A DNA stretch of 62,815 nucleotides, the filler included, from Octopus bimaculoides (Eukaryota), in the NCBI RefSeq assembly GCF_001194135.2. It is 5 parts of 5 records of this genome, joined end to end, with 100 filler letters (N's around TTAATTAATTAA, not from the genome) between each part and the next. Parts side by side here need not be neighbours in the genome. Positions count along the whole stretch, not along the records: positions 25,250 to 54,992 come from NC_068983.1; 4 more parts are not named here. One strand, written 5' to 3'. Below the pieces are notes generated by a model. It was not told where the DNA came from. It saw only the letters and a program-made list of their open reading frames with translations, and searched no databases. Position 1 is the first letter of the stretch, and each line of letters starts with the position of its first letter. The position numbers and the translations under genes are program-made. Below are positions 31,872 to 44,750 of the stretch, piece by piece.

Positions 31872-33183
31872 CTCTAGACTATGATATATATTTTGGCCTC
31901 TTCTTAAAATAATAAGGACTATATTACATTCATCAGCAATTATCTTGTCTTGGTGCCTTTTTCCGACTACCTCATATCCTAGTATGCAATTACAATTCCC
32001 TAATGACTGACATCTTTTGTGCATTTATTAGTGGCCAGTAAGTTTAATTATGGCATGGAAAAGCTGTTCATAACACAAACACTAAGTATAGTGTTTTATG
32101 AAACTGTGGCAGTTATTTGCTCATCTCTTCTGGTATTCAATAAATTAGTTATTTCCTTTTCTTCGTCTCCTAAGTTTTTAAGTACTACATAACTACAACC
32201 ATTTCCTAAGCTTCTCTACGCCAAAGAAACAAATTTTACGTAATTATTGTTGTTTCCCCATAGCTGGTCGGTTGCTGAATTATTTTTTGTTTTAGTTTTA
32301 TCGTGTTTATTCATTTACTTTCTGTTTTTTTTTATGTATAATTTCAAGAATAGACTTAAAATCAAGTTGGCAACAGCTCCAACTCCTCAACTGTAAGCTG
32401 TCATTCAAAATTACTACTAATAGGCAGTTCCTCCAATCGTAGACATATTTTGTTGTTCTTTCCCTGTAGGCAATATAATTTTATTTTACAATTTATTTGG
32501 GAATCTTAAATGTTTTGAAGATTCCTTTTGAAATAAACAAACCTGTCAATCTAAGACAGATAATGTAGGCGTCTATTTAAAGCTGATAATAAATACAATT
32601 GTGTTCAACAGTATTTCATATGAAATGACGACCAGGATAAAGCTGAAAGCTGCAATCAATTCTGAAAAATATTGAAAAAGTAAGCATAATAAAAGTGACA
32701 AATACGCAGAGAATTTAAAATATGTATGAAATTGAAATTGGAATTTATTTTTTTCGCTACTATCCGGAATTTCATGAAGATTAACAAAATTAAGTTTCGA
32801 TTTTATGATAATTATAAATTGTTATATCATTCTGAACAACAATATTTCATATTGTTTGCATTGCGAAAGATTAGTCTCGTCTGCTTCACAAGACAATAGT
32901 TTGTTTCATTTAAATCGGTTTTTAAACATTTGATGATCTTTGTTTTGCTTTGGTTTATTTTTGTTCAGAAAACAATAATCCTCTTTTGATATATTAAGTG
33001 ACATTACGTATATGTCTCGCTTTGGCGACAGGCTTAGCTGTGCAACATTTAACCTATGCGCGGGCGTTCTTTGCACATCAGCTTTATGTCGTAACGAGTT
33101 TTCCTCAATGCACTTGAGAAAACAAATGAAATCTGTTCACAGTCAGTTTACATCTTAACGAAAATCAATATTTTTCTACTTAC

Positions 33184-33347
33184 ATTTCTTTCACAAATCG
33201 ATGCCAAATGGTTTGGAATGTACAAATAGCATCAGCCTTCTGAAAAGCTGAATTAATGGGAGTTTGCCAGTTGGGATTATAGCCTCTACACAAAAGGCTG
33301 TTGACATGGAACATAAACATCACACGCATCTGCAGCATAGGGAGTAT
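33184..33347 (-). CDS. Candidate orphan exon ILPMLQMRVMFMFHVNSLLCRGYNPNWQTPINSAFQKADAICTFQTIWHRFVKE
   Basis: Open frame bounded by TTGTAG| and |GTAAGT; no homology recognised. Confidence 0.25.
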
Positions 33348-33514
33348 CTACAAGCGTAGCGCTGAAGTTTCAAATCTTATTGTTTTTCTTATAAACAATT
33401 TTGCGATTCACTAACTGACAAAATTGTATATGAAATATTGATATAATTTTGATGTAGAAAGATACCGGACAAGGAAAAAGGGAAAGGAGAGAGAGAGGGG
33501 GGGGTCTGTGTGTG

Positions 33515-33554
<40 letters not shown>

Positions 33555-33810
33555 NNNNNNNNNNNNNNNNNNNNNNNNNNNNNNNNNNNNNNNNNNNNNN
33601 NNNNNNNNNNNNNNNNNNNNNNNNNNNNNNNNNNNNNNNNNNNNNNNNNNNNNNNNNNNNNNNNNNNNNNNNNNNNNNNNNNNNNNNNNNNNNNNNNNNN
33701 NNNNNNNNNNNNNNNNNNNNNNNNNNNNNNNNNNNNNNNNNNNNNNNNNNNNNNNNNNNNNNNNNNNNNNNNNNNNNNNNNNNNNNNNNNNNNNNNNNNN
33801 NNNNNNNNNN

Positions 33811-33943
33811 GAGAGAAAGAAGGAGAGAGAGAAAGAAGGAGAGAGAGAAAGAAGGAGAGAGAGAAAGAAGGAGAGAGAGAAAGAAGGAGAGAGAGAAAGA
33901 AGGAGAGAGAGAAAGAAGGAGAGAGAGAAAGAAGGAGAGAGAG
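33811..33943. repeat. 16-bp polypurine minisatellite GAGAGAGAGAAAGAAG
   Basis: About 8 perfect units after the gap. Confidence 0.95.
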
Positions 33944-34589
33944 CGCTTCATATCTCAGACAACATCGAATTAAATGACTTTTCTCTCGTTAGAAATATAT
34001 TCTCATATAGAATTAATCTTTTGGTAAAATAAACTACTGCGGAGTATTATGTTTATGATGATTAGACATAATAAGCAGATGAAAGCATACTAAGCGATTA
34101 AACTATCGAAAAGCTACTACAGAATATGTCGGATTGCTATAAACATGTATGTGTGTGTGTGCGCGCGCGCGTGAGCATTGGGGAACGGCCAGTGTAACCT
34201 TTTATCAGCAAGTAACGAAAGGTAACTTTACACGTGTTTCACCATTATTGATGCTCTACTGTGGAAGTATGGTCGTTCCATTTGTTGGTGTAAAATAAGT
34301 AAAATATTGACATGAATGACTACATTTCAGTGAAGATCCCCAATAACGGCGATGTGGGCAGTCCTACAATATTGTGTATCTTTATTAAATGCGTTAATGA
34401 ATAGTTATGTTCTTTCTGAAATAATATCACAATCACTAAGTTTGATAGCATCAAACAAAACTTCTTTTTGCATAAAAGAAACTCAACATTATACACAAAC
34501 ACACACACAAACCCACGCAAATATTTGTATTCGTATGTGTGCATGAAGAAAATGCATATTTGTATATATGTGTGCGCGTATGTATGTGT

Positions 34590-34794
34590 GTTAGCTTTTA
34601 CTTGTTTCACTCCAGCAGCCAAGCTGGAGCACCACCTTGAAGGGTTTTCGTCGCACAACACCCCCTCCTCGCCCGTACTCATTTATTTTTTAAGCCTGGT
34701 ACCTGTTCTATGTGTTTCTTTTGCCGAACCACTCGTCATGGGAATATTAAAAAAACACCGGTTTCCAAGCAGTGGTGAGGGACAAACACATAGA

Positions 34795-34795
<1 letters not shown>
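34590..34795 (-). mobile_element. SINE 3' portion (family B)
   Basis: GCTGGAGCACCACCTTGAAGGG..CCTGGTAC..TTTTGCCGAACC..GGGACAAACAC. Confidence 0.6.
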
Positions 34796-34832
<37 letters not shown>

Positions 34833-35283
34833 GTTATAATATTATAACTCGTACGTAACCTTATCATTTCGCATTTGTCTTGCTTCTATATGTTGGTTCC
34901 CTGACGATGAANNNNNNNNNNNNNNNNNNNNNNNNNNNNNNNNNNNNNNNNNNNNNNNNNNNNNNNNNNNNNNNNNNNNNNNNNNNNNNNNNNNNNNNNN
35001 NNNNNNNNNNNNNNNNNNNNNNNNNNNNNNNNNNNNNNNNNNNNNNNNNNNNNNNNNNNNNNNNNNNNNNNNNNNNNNNNNNNNNNNNNNNNNNNNNNNN
35101 NNNNNNNNNNNNNNNNNNNNNNNNNNNNNNNNNNNNNNNNNNNNNNNNNNNNNNNNNNNNNNNNNNNNNNNNNNNNNNNNNNNNNNNNNNNNNNNNNNNN
35201 NNNNNNNNNNNNNNNNNNNNNNNNNNNNNNNNNNNNNNNNNNNNNNNNNNNNNNNNNNNNNNNNNNNNNNNNNNNNNNNNNNN

Positions 35284-35314
<31 letters not shown>

Positions 35315-35946
35315 ACAGGCTTCTTTCAGTTTTCGTCTACTAAGTCTTCTCACAAGTCTTCTCAAACGACTTTGTTCGGCCTAACGCTACAGCATTCTAA
35401 GAAATAATACAAGTCGAAGGATGGCTGTGCGCAATATGAGAGATCTGAAAGAGTTTCTTATTGGTTATGGAGCAGGAGAGAGAAGTTGAGCTGGAAGCCA
35501 AGAGGCGATGATGAGCAGTGATTTGGTCACCTCTGCTGACCTGACAACGAGAGGATGTTACGGTTCAGAGTTGAAACACCCGATGATCGTTGGATACCGT
35601 CTAATTATATCAGTTCCTCCTGGGATATTCCAACCATTTCTATTGTTGTTACTCAACACAGGGTAAGCTTTATTTGTCACTGCTTTTAGTCTATTCGGAT
35701 GTCATACCCTAGATAATTCCTCATCCAGACAGAGATAAAGGCGAAAAACCACTGAACGACACTAATGTTATTGGCTGGGGCACAACATGAAGTTAAGGAC
35801 CTATCAAAACTAATTAGAAACAGGGCTTCTTGGCGCAGCTATCTGAGATGCATTTCGGTTGCTGCTACTTTACACAAGCAACAAACCTGTAGGCGTATGT
35901 GTGGGTGTGTATGTGGCTGTCAATGGATTGATTATTTTACTCATGC

Positions 35947-35979
<33 letters not shown>

Positions 35980-36337
35980 TGTGTGTGTGTATGTAACTGT
36001 GTGACTTTACATTCTCTACGATTGCCATTTTGTAACTTTTAGTATGCGTATTATGTTGAGGTATATATATATATATATNNNNNNNNNNNNNNNNNNNNNN
36101 NNNNNNNNNNNNNNNNNNNNNNNNNNNNNNNNNNNNNNNNNNNNNNNNNNNNNNNNNNNNNNNNNNNNNNNNNNNNNNNNNNNNNNNNNNNNNNNNNNNN
36201 NNNNNNNNNNNNNNNNNNNNNNNNNNNNNNNNNNNNNNNNNNNNNNNNNNNNNNNNNNNNNNNNNNNNNNNNNNNNNNNNNNNNNNNNNNNNNNNNNNNN
36301 NNNNNNNNNNNNNNNNNNNNNNNNNNNNNNNNNNNNN

Positions 36338-36375
<38 letters not shown>

Positions 36376-36437
36376 GCCCATGTGTGTGCGTATACATCCC
36401 CAACAAACCGCCTATGCTTGTGTTGCTTTTGTGACAA

Positions 36438-36591
36438 ATGAAAGAAATACTTGAATACTTTCTTTCCATTTTGATATTCCTTTGTTTCGTATGTACAATT
36501 GTGTTTACTGGCGCATCTCAACAGCTGGGAACAATAAAGGTCAACCAGAGAAATTCTTTGGAGTCAATACGAATATATCGCTCCTTATTAT
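36438..36591 (+). CDS. Candidate signal-peptide-like first coding exon
   Basis: MKEILEYFLSILIFLCFVCTIVFTGASQQLGTIKVNQRNSLESIRIYRSLL followed by a phase-1 |GTAAGT donor at 36592. Confidence 0.3.
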
Positions 36592-37321
36592 GTAAGTTAC
36601 TAAATGCCAATGATTCTCTTCCTATGTCCTGGCTCTGTTTGTCTGTCCCCTTACACACACGCGCACACAAACATACATACATATATGCATACATACATAC
36701 GTATATACACATATATGCGTGGGTGAGTGTGTGTATGTATTAAAGTAAAAGTTCAAATTTCGTAAATTCGTGTTTCATGTCTCCGCTTGTAATATAAGAC
36801 ATGCACAATAATACGGTAAACCATTAAAGGGAATATTCTGAAAAAGAAACCGAAAATAGAAACGTTTCTATTCTCATTGTTTAGATTTTCTTTGACAGTC
36901 GCAGACATGAAACTCAAAGTTATGAAGGTTGAAATTTCAGCTAATCATTATAATATGCTATCGGTATCGACTACTTAGTTTTTTTGTTTGTCTATACTGG
37001 AGTGCTAGCGGTCAAGCGCTCAAAAACACACACACGCGCAGAGATGCACACACACACACACACGCCCAGAGATGCACACACGCACACACATACACACACA
37101 CACATACACACACACACACACACACATACACACATACACGCACGCTCAGACTTACACACATACGCATAGACGTACGCACACACACATTGTATCTGGCGAC
37201 CCACCGGCTTTCTGAAGCTTTGTGTTTTTAACACGTAGGTCTCTTTGAGAAAATTTCTTTGAAGTAAAATTCCACAGCTGGTACTGACATATTCTATTAT
37301 ACACTGACATATTCTATTATA

Positions 37322-37420
37322 AATTAAGTACCAGTTGCGTACTGGAGACGATCTAATCGACTGGTCGACTGGCCCCCTCCCCAAAAATTTTGGGCCTTGT
37401 ACCTAGAGCAGAAACGAATA
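37322..37420 (+). mobile_element. SINE 3' fragment (family A)
   Basis: TTAAGTACCAGTTGCGTACTGG..CCCCTCCCCAAAAATTTTGGGCCTTGTACCTAGAG. Confidence 0.8.
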
Positions 37421-38284
37421 TTATACACACCAGTATTTTAACCTGAGACAGTTTCAAGTGTGGATATTAATTTGATTTCAGCCTGGCTAGCTTTCGTTCT
37501 AATCAGTGAATAAAATATATATGTAGTTATGTGTGTGTATATACAAATTTGTATATGTAAGCGTACATGAGCGTATGTATGTAAAGTCGTAGAGGCGTAA
37601 ATTCAAATGTGTATGCGTATATGTATAGATGATGGCATGTATATGTACATATGGGTGTGTATATATTTAAATCTTATAGAACGATGTATATGCTCAAGTA
37701 AGTCCGTCAACTGAATGACCAGCAGATTCTTGAAGGTTAACCAATTACAAGGTTAACCAATTACAAGTGTAACTGGCAGTACAAAGAAATAGACTAGCAC
37801 GCCCTGTAATATGAACCTCAATACTTATCATCTATAGCAGAGCCACACATTTGGATATACTGAGTGGTTACTATTACCTCCCATAGTCACAACAGACAGA
37901 AAAGATGCGATCGAAGCCGAAAATTTGTGTTTACGAAACACAGAAACAATATTTATTTACCACCTAATGAAACACAACATAATGCAGGGAAACGGTTACA
38001 TAACCAAATACCTGCAAACCAGGAGAATTACATTACGTGGAAACAATTGTAGTGATTACAAATAAATGTTTCTCTGTACTTCTTCTTGTTGACACCAACT
38101 TATTCAATTATGTATGTATGCATGTACATATGTATACGTAGTTATACTCACACGCCTCACTAACACACTACCATAATCATTCGTTTACCTGTATATCTAG
38201 TTGTATACATATTCATGCATACGTACACACACACACATATATATATATAATCAGATGTGTGTCAATGTACATACAAACGAGTTC

Positions 38285-38705
38285 TTCGTCATCATCATCA
38301 TCATCATCTTCATCTTCTAGTCCACTTCTTCTTTTTCTTCTTCGTCTTCTTCTTCCTCTGTTCCTCCTTCCCCTCATCCTCTTCCTTTTCTTCTCCTACT
38401 TCTCTTTTCTTTCCTTCTCGTCGTCCTCCTCTTTTTCTCCTCCTACTCCTCTTTCTTTTGTCTCTTCTATTGTCGTTGCTGCTACTTTAATCTTTTTCAC
38501 ATCTTGATGGCGATGATGACATGATATTAACGAAAAAGATTACGATTATGACGATAAAGACCACGATGATGATTACAAAACGATGACGATGACGACAAAG
38601 ATAACGATGATCATGATCATCACCATCATCGTCGTCGTCGTCATCGTTGTCATTGTTGTTATTGTCACCATTATCTTCATCATCATCATCATCATCATCA
38701 TCACG
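38285..38705. repeat. Compound trinucleotide microsatellite (TCA/CTT/GAC/GAT)
   Basis: Mixed triplet tracts that account for the overlapping low-complexity ORFs. Confidence 0.9.
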
Positions 38706-39295
38706 CTCAGTCCCGTTCATTATTTCGCTTCGTTGAATCACTAGAACCTCATCTTACCACACTGCCCCGAGGTAAATAATCCAGATTATTGATTATGACC
38801 ATCAATTTATACAAAGCAAATGAGTGAACATGTGTTATTGACACATGTGCCACAATATCTAACAATGAGACAAACTTCATAAGACTACTGCTAGAAGCTT
38901 CGAATAATATTCTTTAAAGAAACATGGTAAAACAGATGTAAAATATTGTTTATATACATGTATTTTTTGTCATTTGTTTCTTTTATGTGTTTTTCTTTTA
39001 TTGTTCTCTGCTATTTTGATCCATTCTCGCGAACATTGTGGCATTTCATCAGAATTAGTCATCAAAATACATCCCAGGGAAGCACCAATATAAAAGATAG
39101 AGACTTGTACAAGAATTTAGCTGTTGAAATTAGATATTGGAATTGTATCAGATCAGCTGGAGGAGAAAAAACAATAGTGTGAACAGAGAGGGGAAAAAAA
39201 TAACATTACAAAATCAATCGATAACAGCAGCACGAAAACGAACAATAAGAACTATAACAACAATAATAACAATTTCTTGATTTTTTTTTTAATAC

Positions 39296-39451
39296 TGCGT
39301 GATATAGTTTGAAATAGTGATCCATTTAGAATAAATAGTAAGCTCCTGAGGTGGCTATGTCTGTCATTCGAGTTTGATTGACGGTTTCGAGTTTCTTTGC
39401 CGTCAATGTTCCAAGAAAATACATGGGCATCAGGGTTTCCTATTTTGCTCA
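39296..39451 (-). CDS. Candidate phase-1/phase-1 exon, weakly Ig-like
   Basis: Strong acceptor TTTTTTGTGCAG|; reads SKIGNPDAHVFSWNIDGKE.., similar to the Ig B-C strand GNP....W; the donor GTATTA is weak. Confidence 0.3.
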
Positions 39452-40602
39452 CTGCACAAAAAAATTACTAAGATTTTCATACCTATTTAAAAAGTCACTA
39501 GCTAATGTCATAGCTTAAAGGGCAAAGTCCCGTCGTAACGATATTATCAATCTGATTTCAATTAATTACCCGAAGGATGTCATTTTATTTTGTTACTGAC
39601 ACCGGAATAATAATAAAAATTAGAACATGACTATTACAGCTAATTATTTAAGCTCATTTATAAATTTGAAGAGATCTTCAAATGGCTATGTCGTAAAGAC
39701 GCCAGAGGAGTTGATAGTTCATACTCTGTGACCGTAGCCTGTACACTTACCTCTGAATAATTGGTTCAACCAGTTGTAAATAAAGCAAAACCGTTGTTTG
39801 TACAGTGTACAGCGAGATATGAAACGATGATTTTTCATATTTATTCTTAATATGTTCCAGCAGATTCGAATGCAAATACGCTAGTCGCTTCTTTGTTGGT
39901 CATAGGAAAGCAACTTCTCGAACTCATTATCATTGTAGAAAGAAGTTATTATCCTGTGACGAATACAATAGCGACAAGCATATTTGCGTTCGTATCTGCC
40001 AGAATATATTGAGAATAAATATGCAGGTCATCGTTAGCTGTAAATAGATAACACATAATAGTAGAGTTTGCTACTGTGAATATCGTCAGTATAGTAAAAA
40101 CTAACAGCTACTCAACTTGTAAAAATAGCTTGAAGATTTGATTCCACTGAGCAATGTCGCCATAAATAATGTGAAGATTTCTTCAGAGAAGCCACTAACT
40201 TTACAGAAATCATGTATTAGAAATCATTACTTGAGCTTTATTAAAGTGTTGCTTAATATAACTCCAAATTGAGTAGCAAGATTTTCTCATCTCTTTGATG
40301 CTTTAAAACAAATTATACAATTCTCCCACACTTTCATACGATAGGTCATCTAGTCAATTACAGACTATATTGTCATTCTGTATTGGTCATTCTCCCCTTT
40401 TCATTTTTTCACAATAATTTCGCCATCCCATTAAAAGGAAAACGGGCTTTTGAATAATGATCTTACATGGAGAGATGATAAGTTGATTTGAAACACAAAT
40501 ATTTAAACACACAAACATTCCAATTTTCAGTAACTGTATTTTATTTTTCTATCGATAGAAAACTTTTCTTTTGATGACTTAAATGTCATCAATAATATGA
40601 CA

Positions 40603-40750
40603 GCCATTTCTTAATTTCTGATTGGTTCAGACCAACCTTCCGCAGCTTCAATAATTTGCGTAATTGCATTGGTCAAAGGTCACTTCCTCCTACACAATGT
40701 TATATATATGGTTCATCCTAACTAATTCATGTTGACGTTTCAATTTGCAT
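40603..40750 (+). promoter_or_regulatory. Promoter-like motif cluster (2x CCAAT, NR half-site, ETS, TATA, octamer)
   Basis: ATTGG 40621 and 40668, AGGTCA 40677-40682, ACTTCC 40682-40687, TATATATAT 40701-40709, ATTTGCAT 40743-40750. Confidence 0.35.
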
Positions 40751-41277
40751 GTATGATAGCATAAGATTTAGACGTCAGCAACGACTGTAAAATCTACCCT
40801 ATTCAACTCTTAGCGCTGCCATCGATACCAGCATCACCACAAACTCCATCATCACCATCATCTTTATCATTAATCTGATCATCAACCCACGTGACAAACT
40901 AAATTAAACGTCAAGATAATAAGGTTTCTGCTGCACATTTATAAATTCGAAACATGCATAACGGGATTAAATATTTAAAAAGAGCCGACATCACCACCCC
41001 TATCACTAACATTACAATCGTAGACAGCAGTCCCACGACCTCTAGCTGCAGCAAAACCAACATCATCGCCACCGACAACAGTAACATCAGTAACACTACC
41101 TCTAACGCTGTTAATATTACTTTCAACACTATTACAACTAGCATTGATACCATGTACAGTGACGCACTACTACTACTACTAGCACTACCACCATAACTCC
41201 AAAGCTACCACCAGCAGCGCCGCTCCAAAAGCAAAATCATCACTAGCTGCTTATTATCAACATTCTTCTTGTCTCCG

Positions 41278-42060
<783 letters not shown>

Positions 42061-42389
42061 AAAGTCATTACCATCAAGCTGAATACCCTGAAAACCACCA
42101 CCATCAAAATAATCAATTTCACCTTATCCATCATCACTATTATCTCTATGATCATGAGCAGCATAGATAACAGTGAAATGTAAAGAAAAAAGAGCCCCAA
42201 TTGTTTTAGGATTCCACCCCTAGTCGTCGAAGAAACTACTTAAGTTCTAGATCATTCTATTGCATCATTGCTCTTTAAAGTACCTTTTTCTCAGTTTCGT
42301 AATGGAAAGGGGCCCATTCAGCCATGTCAATCTCACCGCCCTTACTCACACAAAAGAGGGCAGCACTTTGATCACCACCCACAACTTGA

Positions 42390-44530
42390 AAAAAAATTGA
42401 TCAGAGTTTGTCCAGAGAGGAAAAGTTACACTTCAGTTCTCCACACATAATATCCTTCAGCTTAAACACCAACCAAATGAAAACCAGCCGCTTTTCCTTA
42501 CAAAAGAAAGGCAGTGAAGCGATCTTAATAAACTCAGCTGACAGCTGCGTCCGATCTAAACTTGTCAGTATATGTTCAACGCTTGTCCATAGGCTTGCAT
42601 GCACAGATACTTCACCTGAATGAATACGTGTAGGTTGGTTTCGTCGGCATGCGAGCATCTCATGCAAGTTTCGTTTTTAGAGCTCCCATGCTTGTGGAAC
42701 TTGTCCCGAACAGGTAATACTTGTAAGATCTCCAGGCGAAGGGCTTTTAAAAGCTGTAATTATTTCCAACTGAAAGCCCTCCAGAAGAGACTGATTGAAT
42801 CAATATTGTTCTCAAGCCATTGCTTCTCACGCCCTCCACCGATTGACATAAAACGTGTCGCATGAAAAGCAACCACACCTGTTTTTTGTCATCTTCGCTA
42901 CCTCACTGCACACGTGCGCTTCATCAGCAATGACATCTCGAGAATTAAATCCCAACCAATGGAAGAAGTCAAAAAATATACGCTATAATCTTGTTAGATT
43001 CTTCATTGGACATTTTTCATAGAACATTTTTCTGCGATAACTTCATCTCAAGCTATTTCTGATGAATCCAGCCACCCTGCTCACGACTACTTTTCAGCTC
43101 TTTCTCCACCAACAGGTTCGATCCCAACCAAACACTGAGTTCCTTAACCAGACTCTCAGTCCAATAACAGAAACTGTCGCTGGGCGACTTTGATTTTCTC
43201 CTCCTGGTGCCGAATTACAAGTCCACCTACTTGCGTACTGCGTACCCCTGCTCTCTCATGGTACGGTGCCAACCGATTCGATTTTCGAAGTGTCCGATGC
43301 AGTAAACAATGAGGACACCGTATGTAGTCACCGTATACAGTGAGGAAACCTAGGTAAAGCTCTCCCTATGTCCGATTTCAAGCGCAATGTGCTTCAAGAT
43401 CTCCAACCTCCGCAATAAGGGATCCGAGACTTAAACATACGGACGAGAGACGAGAGAGTATCCTTGAAGGATTGATCGTGTAATACGAAACTGTTCCAAG
43501 AGGTGGTTGTTTAGTTTGGGCATTGCATAGATGTCATTGTAGATTGTGATGATCTAACCTCTCGGAACAGGCTACTTTTAGAATAGCTACCAGTGTCGTA
43601 AGCTTTAGATTGATTTAATTTTGTCCCCACTGAAACCGGTTCTATTTCCGGTACACTCTATGATGTATTGCATGAGGTGGAGATTGTTTTGGATAGAGCT
43701 ATCTTGGATCTCATAAGGTTAATGTCTCTGACTGGGAGGCGCAATGGCCCAGTGGTTAGGGCAGCGGACTCGCGGTCATAGGATCACGGTTTCGATTCCC
43801 AGAACGGGCGTTGTGAGTGTTTATTGAGCGAAAACACCTAAAGCTCCACGAGGCTCCGGCAGGGGATGGTGGCGAACCCTGCTGTACTCTTTCACTACAA
43901 CTTTCTCTCGCTCTTACTTCCTGTTTCTGTTGTGCTTGTAATTCAAAGGGTCAGCCTTGTCACACTGTGTCACGCTGAATATCCCTGAGAACTATGTTAA
44001 GGGTACACGTGTCTGTGGAGCGCNNNNNNNNNNCGAAAACACCTAAAGCTCCACGAGGCTCCGGCAGGGGATGGTGGCGAACCCTGCTGTACTCTTTCAC
44101 TACAACTTTCTCTCGCTCTTACTTCCTGTTTCTGTTGTGCTTGTAATTCAAAGGGTCAGCCTTGTCACACTGTGTCACGCTGAATATCCCTGAGAACTAT
44201 GTTAAGGGTACACGTGTCTGTGGAGCGCTCAGCCACTTGCACGTTAATTTCACGAGCAGGCTGTTCAGTTGATCGGATCAACTGGAACCCTCGACGTCGT
44301 AAGCGACGGAGTGCCGACAACAACGACAATGTCTCCGACTACACTACCAGCGACAAGCACCAGCCACTTTATAACCACCTATGCCAAAATTTTCAAATCT
44401 GTGTCTAGTAGAGTTATGAACCCGAAGTTGCTTGTGATGTTCCCTTTGTTCGGGTGTTTCTTTAACAGCATCATTACACACTGCAAAGAAAACTGGGAAT
44501 GCTTCCAGTTTGTTGTTAGCTGAAGTAGAT
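42390..44530 (-). mobile_element. Tx1/L1-type LINE ORF2 remnant (RT to C-terminal zinc-binding region), interrupted by a SINE
   Basis: MMLLKKHPNKGNITSNFGFITLLDTDLKILAK (44370-44520); FRITRSILQG..DPLLRRLEIL (43380-43520); LPVRDKFHKHG..TCMRCSHADETNLHVFIQ (42600-42720). Confidence 0.88.
43734..44327 (+). mobile_element. tRNA-derived SINE (family D) with 13-bp TSD
   Basis: A-box TGGCCCAGTGG, B-box-like GTTTCGATTCC; TSD AATGTCTC(T/C)GACT at 43721-43733 and 44328-44340; 195 bp duplicated across the 10-N gap. Confidence 0.92.
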
Positions 44531-44718
44531 AGCTGCCAAGACAGCAGTGAACATGTCTGGTATTTAGTAATATAGCTGGAAGGGCAGACCACCCTGCTTC
44601 GGCAATTTGTCCCTCGTAGAACAGCTTAATGCTGCTGCTGCTGTTGTTGTTGTTGTTCTTCTTCTTCTTCTTCTTCTTCTTCTTTTTCTTCTTCTTCTTC
44701 TTCTTCTTCTTCTTCTTC

Positions 44719-44750
<32 letters not shown>

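Noticed and set aside
33370-37384. Numerous long ORFs rich in YI, CV, HT, ER, SL or X (also 17874-18508, 23657-26259, 45494-45898, 58970-61148)
   Set aside because: They arise from dinucleotide or tetranucleotide repeats and N gaps that lack stop codons.
43734-43810. tRNA gene (also 50346-50420 and 14820-14895)
   Set aside because: A- and B-boxes are present, but there is no acceptor-stem pairing or T-tract terminator, and each continues into a shared SINE body.
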